A DNA stretch of 64,000 bases from Octopus bimaculoides (taxonomy: Eukaryota). This document shows, in pieces, positions 38,686-47,600 of the stretch. Location of the stretch: contig NC_068987.1 of the NCBI RefSeq assembly GCF_001194135.2, positions 18,182,678 through 18,246,677 on the forward strand, given 5' to 3'. The position numbers and the translations under genes were made by a program. A model generated the notes under the pieces. That model was not told the origin of the DNA. It was given only the letters and a program-made list of their open reading frames with translations, and made no database searches. The number at the start of each line of letters is the position of its first letter. Position 1 is the first letter of the stretch.

Positions 38686-41600
38686 ATATATATATATATA
38701 TATACGCACATACATATATATCATCATCACCATCACCATCATTTAGCGTCTGATTTCCGTGCTGGCATGGGTTAGACGGTTTGACTGAAACTAGTAAGTT
38801 GAAGAGTTGCACCAGGTTCCATTCTGATTTGACATGGTTTGTACAGCTGGATGCCCTTCCTAATGCCAACCACCCCAAGAGTGTAGTGGGTGCCAGTTAC
38901 GTGACACTGGCATCAGCCACAACTACAACTTCGCTTGGCTTGACATGTCTTCTCAAGCATGGCATAACACCAAAGATATGCATATCACCAAAGGTCTTGG
39001 CCACTTGTAGGTCATGAGAAGCATGATGCAAATGTGTTGTTTGATTTTTTGTCTTCATTTCAGTTTTCTACATAATATATTATTAAATCAATTAGACTTT
39101 TTCCAAAACACACAAGAATACAACAAAATAGGTACTACCACCCATGATGCCAAATATAGACTTAAATTGGTACCATCATCAACAAGCACTAATGCTAACA
39201 AGATGTTTACTATTGCATACACAGAACACACACAAAAGAAAGACAGAGAAATTAAATTCACCTTGAAGAATTCTCAGTACCATATGTAAACATGTGAGCT
39301 GCTTTTTCACCCAAATTTCCTTCCATATCTGGAACCACAAAATGGATACCAGCATCTGGTTTTTCTATGGAAAATTCTATACAAATTCGAATAGGTTTCA
39401 GCTCTGAAAAAAGAATAAAGCAAAACAATCACAAATATAGAAACTAGAACGTTAGTTATCATATGACAGGTAACTTTAGAAGTATACTTTTGGTTGGCAT
39501 TAGGAAGAGCATCCAGCTGTAAAAACCAATCTAAAATCAGATGAGCCTGGTACAGCTTTCCGGCTTGCCAGTTCCAGTCAAACTGTCTAACCCATGGCAG
39601 CATGGAAAATGGACACTAAATGAAATAATGAAGAAAGTGAGAGATAAATAAATGAAAGGAGTTTTGCCTACAAAATTTTTCTCACAAAGTTTTTGCCAAT
39701 CCAAAGCTATGGTATAAATAAAAAAAAAATATTGCTCAAGGGGTCACAGTGGGATTGAACCTGAAATCATGTAGTCATGAACCCATGAAACAAACTTCAT
39801 AATCTCACAATCATTCCTGTTACCATGTCTGTTGTCTTAAGATTTAAGTCAATCAAGGTGATGATGATGATGTGGTATGGTGATAGCATAGTAGAAGTGG
39901 AAACAAAAACAAAGTGACTGAAACTTTGTTACACTCTCATTACTAACCTTGGACTAAATTCAGAGCTTCTGGTGGCAACTTGATAAGTACTTCACCATTT
40001 CCTGTGTCTGGGTCAATGGAATTCATCACAGACAAATGGTATCGTTGGAAAAATTCCAAATTTCTTCTGAAACAGAGCAGATATTTTTTTACAATAATAT
40101 TTACAATATTTAAAATTTACAATAACATCATAAAATATTTAATTCATAATTAATTCAGATTTAATTCATTGTCCATTCTGCTGGGTGGTTGGTGGTTGGT
40201 GTTAGGAGGGGTACCCAGCCATGAAAATCATGCCAAAACAGACACAGAAGTCTGGTGCAAGTCTTCTACCTGGCCAGCTGCTGTCAAACCATCCAACTCA
40301 TGCCAGCATGGAAGGCAGACTTTAAACAATGACGATGATGATGACTGATGATTTATCAAAGACAACCTTCAAGCAGCATTGCAACACAAGTGTTAGACTG
40401 ACAACCATTAGGAAAGAGGAGAGTTGGATGACTTAGGAAGGCCTGGGAAGCATGTGTGGAGGATGAGGCAGAAGCAATCAGTCTCTCTTGATCTGACATC
40501 AAGGAGTAAGTCCAAGATCATGTCCACTGGCAAGAAGAAGTGGTGGTGGCCCTATGCTCCTTACAGAGTAATGTGGACTAACTTAACTTAAAGTTAACTC
40601 ATAAGTCATGAATATAAACACAAAAATGAAGCTACTTGGAAAAACCGTAGTTGTGTTTCTATAAAGTAGTTGGTGTCAGANNNNNNNNNNNNNNNNNNNN
40701 NNNNNNNNNNNNNNNNNNNNNNNNNNNNNNNNNNNNNNNNNNNNNNNNNNTGCCAGAAGAAATGTTTAGCAGTATTTCGTCTGCCGCTACGTTCTAAGTT
40801 CAAATTCCACCGAGGTTGACTTTGCCTTTCATCCTTTCGGGGTCGTTTAAATAAGTACCAGTTACGCACTGAGGTCGATATAATCGACTTAATCCCTTTG
40901 TCTGTCTCCTGTGTGTGTAGCCCCTTGTCGCCAGTAAAGAAATAAGAAGTGGTGGTGGCCCTATGCTCCTTACAGAGTAATGTGGACTAACTTAACTTAA
41001 AGTTAACTCATAAGTCATGAATATAAACACAAAAATGAAGCTACTTGGAAAAACCGTAGTTGTGTTTCTATAAAGTAGTTGGTGTCAGAAAGGGCATGTC
41101 AGCTGTAGAAATCATGCTAAAGCAGAAATAGGGCTTGATGCAATGCTCTAGCTCATTAGATCCAGTAAAACTGGACAACCCATGAAAGATGGACATCAAA
41201 TGATGATGATGATGATTATGATAATAGTTGATAGCTTTTGTTAGCCAGGTGACCTAATCAACAGTGGAAGAGTGTTTTAAAGGCATCGTAGCCAGAATTA
41301 GAAAAGGATGGAAAAAGTTCAGAGACCTGTTACTACTTCAGCTGACAACAATGCAATTTTCTTTCCAAGTGAAAAGTAGATTGTATGACGCTTGTGCACT
41401 AACTGTAATGCTGCATGATAGTGAGATGTGGACAGTGTATGCAAAGGATGTGCAATGACTGGAGATAAATGAAGCAAGCATGCTCCACTGCTCATGTAAT
41501 GCTAGCGAGCATTACTAACAAAGCACAGATGAGCTGAGAAAAAAACCTGTCAGCTCACTGCCTTTAATGATAATAAAATAGCTTCTAATCTTGGCACAAG

Positions 41601-44600
41601 ACCATCAATTGTAAGGAGAAGGAGAAGGCGTTAGTTGATATTGCCAACCACAGTATTTGACTGGCTCTTTATTTTATAAACCCTGGATAAATGAAAGGCA
41701 AAGATGACCGTGGCAGAATTTGAACTCAGAACACAGAGTCAGAATAGATAATACCATAATGCATATTTTTTGATGCTCTGACAAATTCTGTCTTTCAAGA
41801 TAATAAAATAAAGTTTAGAAATAATACATTTCTAAATCTCTCAGAGAGATTTATGCAGTAGTGATACGATGAAGTAGTTATATGCTCTCAACTTAATGTG
41901 ACAGTCCCCTGAAGAGAATAATACTACTGTTGGTTAGACCTAGGAAGCTGCACCGCTTCCTGTTGGCCATGACACATTTCNNNNNNNNNNNNNNNNNNNN
42001 NNNNNNNNNNNNNNNNNNNNNNNNNNNNNNNNNNNNNNNNNNNNNNNNNNNNNNNNNNNNNNNNNNNNNNNNNNNNNNNNNNNNNNNNNNNNNNNNNNNN
42101 NNNNNNNNNNNNNNNNNNNNNNNNNNNNNNNNNNNNNNNNNNNNNNNNNNNNNNNNNNNNNNNNNNNNNNNNNNNNNNNNNNNNNNNNNNNNNNNNNNNN
42201 NNNNNNNNNNNNNNNNNNNNNNNNNNNNNNNNNNNNNNNNNNNNNNNNNNNNNNNNNNNNNNNNNNNNNNNNNNNNNNNNNNNNNNNNNAGGTATGAAAT
42301 GCAGAGCTAACCTAAGCAGGATTTGTACTCAGAATGTAAAGATGTAGAAAAAATATTGATTTCAAATTTTGGCACAAGGCTAGCAATTTCAGGGGAGGGG
42401 TTAGGTTGATTACATCGAGCCCAGTGCTCAACTGGTACTTACTTTGTTGACCCTGGCGAAAGGATGAAAGGCAAAGTCAACCTCAGCAGAATTTGAACTC
42501 AGAATGTAAAGACGGACTAAATGCCACTAAACATTTTGCCTGGCGTGCTAACGATTCTGCCAGCTCGCCACCCACATAGAATCAATATTGCGAGACATTT
42601 TTCCCAATACTCTAACAAGTTCTGCCAAGTTGCTGCTTTTGAAGAGAATAAAACAATGAAACAACAAATCAATTTTAACCAAAATAAAAATTTGTCTGGA
42701 AAAGTGAGTGTTAAAACAATGATGATGAAGATGATGATAATGACTTACTGTTTGATGTCACCTTGACATATCTCCAATGTTGGGTCATTATAAAAGAATG
42801 TAGCATCCCACTGCTCATCAATGCAGATACGATAGATTTCTGTGTAATGTTAAAGAAGATAAACAGTTGTTTTATTAAATTTCAGACCTTGTGTTTAAAA
42901 GAATGTGCTAAGAAGTATGTATGATTCATTGGAGAAAAGACAAGTTGTCTGCCAATTGATAACAAGCATGGTTGTGTACAAAGCAGACTTCTTAACCACA
43001 AAGTTTTGGGTTCGGTCCCATTACACAGCATGTTGGATAACCATTTTCTTACCATAGCCTCCGGTTGACCAAAGCCTTGTGAATGGAATTCAATAAATGG
43101 GAAGTTGTACAGAAGCCAGCTTGTCAAATATTCATTTGTTTAACACCTATTTTCCCATGTTAGTAAGGGTTGGATTGTATGTTGGTTCAGGTTCAGTCCC
43201 GCTGCAGGGCACCTTGGGCAAGTACCTTCAACTATGGCCCAAGGTTGTCCAAAACCTTGTGAATGGATCTGGTAAACAGAAACTGAAAGAAGCCTGTTGT
43301 ATATGAGCGTGTGTGTGTGTGTGTGTGTGAGAGTGCTTGTGTCTTTGTTTTGACATCACATGATAGCTGTGAATGAGCCTCACAATCATAGATACAGATA
43401 ACAGCATAGAAGTGATGTTATCTGTTTCAAACCTTCAGTAGAAAACATGTCTGGCCTCGGGGAAATATTACCTTGCTTGGACACAAATGAGGGTTGGTGA
43501 AAGGAACAGCGTCTGGCCACAGAAACCATGAAACCTCATGGTTGGGAAGCAAACTTCTTAACCACACAGTCACACTTGTATCAATCATCATCATCGTTTA
43601 ACGTCCGCTTTCCATGCTAGCATGGGTTGGACGATTTGACTGAGGACTGGTGAAACCGGATGGCAACACCAGGCTCCAATCTAATTTAGCAGAGTTTCTA
43701 CAGCTGGATGCCCTTCCTAACGCCAATATATGTATATATTTATATAAATTCATGGGACTGCATGTCATCACAGGTACATTTGTTTTGGGGTACAATCAAA
43801 TTCTGCCTAAGCAGTCGTGTTTGTTTCCACACATGATGTCATCAATGTATATATGTTTATAATACTGATATCCATATTGAATATATAGTGATATGACTGA
43901 AATATTCAATTACTACCAGTGGATGTATATCTGTGTAAATTTACAAATTTTAAACCCAGAGTAAGGTTTAGTAAATAAGAAACATGCTGTTATTTGGACC
44001 TGTTGTTTTGGAGTGAAAGAATAATGTAATTTATCTGTGAATGTACACAACACAGGCTCAGGAACTCCCTAAAATTTTGTGGGGGTAATGAAAATGCTTC
44101 GAACCTCCTCCTGAAAAACTGAGTATGCACACACTAAGCAAACTTTGTTCCTGCACTTATGGTACACAGTATATGTTCAGGGGAAAAAATTAGTAAGAAA
44201 AGAGAGGATGAGTGTCACAAATGTTGTCATGGCTGTTTGAGCTTATTGTTTAAAGGATACTACTCTGTGAACTGTTGAGTTTAACACAATAGAGATCAGG
44301 CTTCAGGGGATGGAGGGTCAGTTCAACATAACCCTGAAAAGAAAAGGAAAAAAAAAACGTTTAAAAAGGTTGTATTGTAAGTTTACAACAGAATGAAAGG
44401 ATATGAAAATAACATGACATGATGTAGTTTAACTATAGTTGTAAGATAGGGTTCAATAGATAAGATAATGAGCTAGTGGTTAAATAAGATGTGAGGTCAT
44501 ATACCCTGAAGGCTCTGGTAATAGTGGTATTTTAACCTTATTCTCCAGATTAGAATCTGTATAAAAATGCTTTGATTTATGTAAGATATGGGTAATGAAT

Positions 44601-47600
44601 GTGAAGAAGCAGAGAAGGCAGGAGAGCAAGATGCCAGCAGATAAAAGCTTTCTCTAAGCTGCATTAGTTTTTAGAGCCAATCTGCTGCCCTTAACTTTTT
44701 AGCCTTCAGACTATTCTGTCAAATGTAATGCTTATTTAGTTATAATGTTTTGGATTTATCATGGATTATCTTGTAGCTTCAATATTTTGAATCATGTGAC
44801 TGTTTGCTTTTAGAATGACGTTGTAGGATAGGTGTGAAAGGCCAGATCTGGTTGGTTTGAACTTAAAAGAGGTAGAACATCTGGGACAGACATGACCGGT
44901 TTAACACCAAAGGGTTAAGCTAGCCATACCTGGTCAAAATATTCTACCTGTTTTACAGTCAAACTGGCCATGTCAAACTTCTCATACCTTCTCTACAATG
45001 TCATTCTAAAAATAAACAATCACATCATCAAAATCTCGAAGCTACAAGATAATGCACGATAAATCAGAAATGATGTAAATAAATAAATAAGCATTACATT
45101 TGACAAGTAATTTGAATGACAAAGGATTGAATAAATAATTGCTTCTGAATTAAACAGCAATTTTGAGGGGAGGGAATTTAGTCAATATTGTTAACCAAGT
45201 ACTTAAATGGTACTTTATTTTAGCAAACCCCAAAAGGATGAAAGGCAAAGTTGATCTTCATGGGATTTGAACTTAAAACATAAAGTGTCTGGTAAAATAA
45301 CGCAAGGCATTTTGTTTGATGCTCTACCGATTCTGCTAATCCACTGTCTTTAAACAAATAATTAAAATAAAAATGAAAAAACAAGGGAAAACTTACAATG
45401 AGAGATTGAGTTTCAAAGTTAATCGCTGTGATGCATAAGGTTTGGTGAGCTGTAGAAGAAATAAATAAATAAATAAAAATTGAAATGGATTGTTCCAGAC
45501 ATAGCTAAACATTGAATTAACATACAATTTCAAAGACATTGTGAAGCCTGAATCATCAACATCATCATTGATTTACAGTGGAAGTGAAGAACCTGTAGCC
45601 TTCTGAAAGAAATACGATGTTGAAAGAAAAATCAATATATTGGAATAAAATTTTATGGATTCAATCTTATGTAAAGCCTTTTTTTTTAAAAAAAAAACTA
45701 ATTGTGAATTTTAGAAACATCTATTAAATATTTCTTATCTACATTTGGAATTACTTTTTTTAAAACAATTACAATTGTGTTTGACCCTTAAGTGACAGGA
45801 AAAGGTTGCAAAGCGGGCAAAAAAAAAATATATCTTTTCTCCTTAAAAGTAATTTTTATACTTATTTTCACCTTAAATAAGTACAAAAACTAAGAAAATG
45901 ATGCTTTAACTGTCTTAGATTATAAAACTAAAGACAAAAGGGCAATAAAATCATTTGAGATTCCTGCAATGTTGTTGTCGAAAGAATGTACAAATGGAGA
46001 AAAACTAAAGCTAGTTGAAGCATCATTCCGGGTTCAGTCCCACTGCGTGGCACCTTGGGCAAGTGTCTTCTATTATAGCCTTGGGCCGACCAAAGCCTTG
46101 TGAGTGGATTTGGTAAACGGAAACTGAAAGAAGCCCGTCATATATATGTATATATATATATATACATATATATGTGTGTGTGTGTGTGTGTGTGTCTGTG
46201 TTTGTCCCCCCAACATGGCTTGACAACCGATGCTGGTGTGTTTATGTCCCCGTAACTTAGCGGTTAGGCAAAAGATCCCGATAGAATAAGTAGTAGGCTT
46301 ACAAAGAATAAGTCCTGGGGTCGATTTGCTCGACTAAAAGGCGGTGCTCTAGCATGGCCACAGTCAAATGACTGAAACAAGTAAAAGAGTAAAGAGTAAC
46401 TTCCAGAGGTAAGAAAGGCAAAATCGACCTCACTGGGATTCGAACTCGGAACTTTACAGAGAGTAACTTGGTCTACCGATTCTACCACCCACTAATACAA
46501 AACAGTAAGAAAGATCAACATGATTTGCACATGAGTGGCCGCTCCATCAATGACATGAATAACATTAATTAGTTATTGATTAATAATTCAAACACATAGC
46601 AGCTTGAGTTTATGGATAATGAAAGAGTATACAACAGAGCATATCTGTCTCTTAAGTAGTGCAGTGGAAGTTTATTAGCCGGCGCTGTGCTGTATAATCA
46701 AATTACACGACAAATGTAAACAAGAATAATGTCGTCAAAGTTTGGATTCTTTCAACTAAGACACCAACTATCGTGTCAGTATTGCCGGTGTTATTCTGAA
46801 AGGATTGATTACCTCAATATCAGATATTACTGATAAATCACAAGAGATGAAAAATACCCCCTGCCCAAACAGATTAGGTTGATGAACTATGAAAGGCACA
46901 CACGGAAACAGCTGTTTCCGTTTAAAGTTTATCTTTAGAGTGATAGATTATCGGCATTCTTTCGTTTTAACCTGCAGTGTCTATATAATTTCAAGTTATA
47001 TATTTAAATTTCCCTCTATCAACTTACGCATAACTACACAAGTGTGCCCCTCAACTTAGACCGTGTTTGTTAAATTGTTTATCATTTACTGTAACTTCAA
47101 ACCTCGTCTCGTGATGCAAGTTTAATGTCAAATAGTAAACAAGATGATTGCAAATGTGATTTATAGTCATTGATACAGACTCATGATAAAGTGTATGATT
47201 TGACTAGAAGGAAAGCAGCAAAACAGTTAAGATTCAAAACTGAGAATACACATCAAGGGGAAAACAAAAACACTGCAGAAAGCACTCTAGTTGAATCTTA
47301 GGCATATTGATAAAATGCTTTAACTATAGATGTATATAGTCGTTTGTTCATCTTGTACTTTGTTTATGCTTTTGCTTTTATGTGTATTTAATCTAATAAT
47401 TACAAATATCCAGTTTGGGTTATCATACTGGAAATTTTTGATCAGGTAACCCTTACATCGAACAACATTTGAGGTTTTTAATCACAATGCTTAATTATAA
47501 CATAAAACATACTGAAAATGATACTCGATAAAATGCAAGCATGGCTTGTTACGTCAATCAATTTACAAACATAAACTAAACATCATGTTTATTTAAGATG

